DNA of 63,858 nucleotides, counting the filler, from Octopus bimaculoides (lineage: Eukaryota): assembly GCF_001194135.2 (NCBI RefSeq). It is 7 parts of 6 records of this genome, joined end to end, with 100 filler letters (N's around TTAATTAATTAA, not from the genome) between each part and the next. Parts side by side here need not be neighbours in the genome. Positions count along the whole stretch, not along the records: positions 61,415 to 63,858 come from NC_069005.1; 6 more parts are not named here. One strand, written 5' to 3'. A program made the position numbers and the translations under genes. Below the pieces are notes generated by a model. The model made no database searches and was not told the origin of the DNA. It saw nothing but the letters and a program-made list of their open reading frames with translations. Shown one piece after another: positions 63,273 to 63,858 of this stretch (within the stretch, counting starts at the first letter, position 1; every line of letters starts with the position of its first letter).

Positions 63273-63473
63273 GGTGGTGGTGGTGACGACGGCGATGATA
63301 TTGTAATAATTGTTGCAGCAGTTCCTGCTCTTTTGCTTCGTGGCCACTGCGACAGGAACGAGAATGATAACGGTAAAGTAAGAAACATGGCGATGCTAAG
63401 AGCTAGGATAGTTAAAAACATTGATTGGCTACCGGCACCGAATTTCGTTTCTCCATTGTCTTTGCTCGTTTCG
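63095..63473 (-). CDS. Candidate terminal exon of a membrane protein
   Basis: Long pyrimidine tract ending CTTCCAG. The phase-2 frame gives [17 protein letters not shown], hydrophobic [23 protein letters not shown], basic SQWPRSKR, a Pro/Ser tract and ...EIPYIV*. The other two frames close within about 20 codons. Confidence 0.4.
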
Positions 63474-63649
63474 CTGGAAGCGAGGTGAAGTCGAACCAAG
63501 GAGAAAAGACAATAAACGAGAGAAGAGCAGTTGATACCAATGACAGATAGAAAAACAGAAACATAAGCTACAAGCCACAATACATACATATGTGTGTATG
63601 TGTGTATGTGTGTGTGTGCGTGTGTATGTATACGTATACATGTATATGA

Positions 63650-63688
<39 letters not shown>

Positions 63689-63817
63689 TACATATATATA
63701 CATATATAGGGAGAATATTTATATATATGTATATATATATATGAACATATATATACATACATTTTATATATACATATATATATATAAACGTACATATATA
63801 TGTACATATATATACAC

Positions 63818-63858
<41 letters not shown>

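Overview
AT-rich, microsatellite-dense eukaryotic DNA with many assembly gaps. It is not prokaryotic: no operons, rRNA or CRISPR. The repeat families and composition look like a coleoid cephalopod, most likely Octopus (inference; no search was run). Almost everything recognisable is transposon debris: several tRNA-headed SINE families, non-LTR relics (CR1-type RT, Dong/R4-type endonuclease ends, an RTE 3' end), Penelope-like (PLE) RT and GIY-YIG relics, a Gypsy gag relic, mariner and Tc1/maT elements, hAT, Tigger and Helitron-like pieces, and several long fold-back elements. No complete host gene can be supported, only a few candidate minus-strand exons. The most interesting signal is a set of type I hammerhead ribozyme motifs from apparently different families, all with a palindromic stem III and often in inverted-repeat elements. 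One (16188-16252, minus) has an intact catalytic core. Also notable: a bipartite SINE with an internal microsatellite, nested insertions with readable target-site duplications (TSDs), and a tandem array of primer-binding-site-like (PBS) motifs. SINE family letters (B/A', C, D, E, F) are my own labels. Boundaries of degraded elements are approximate.
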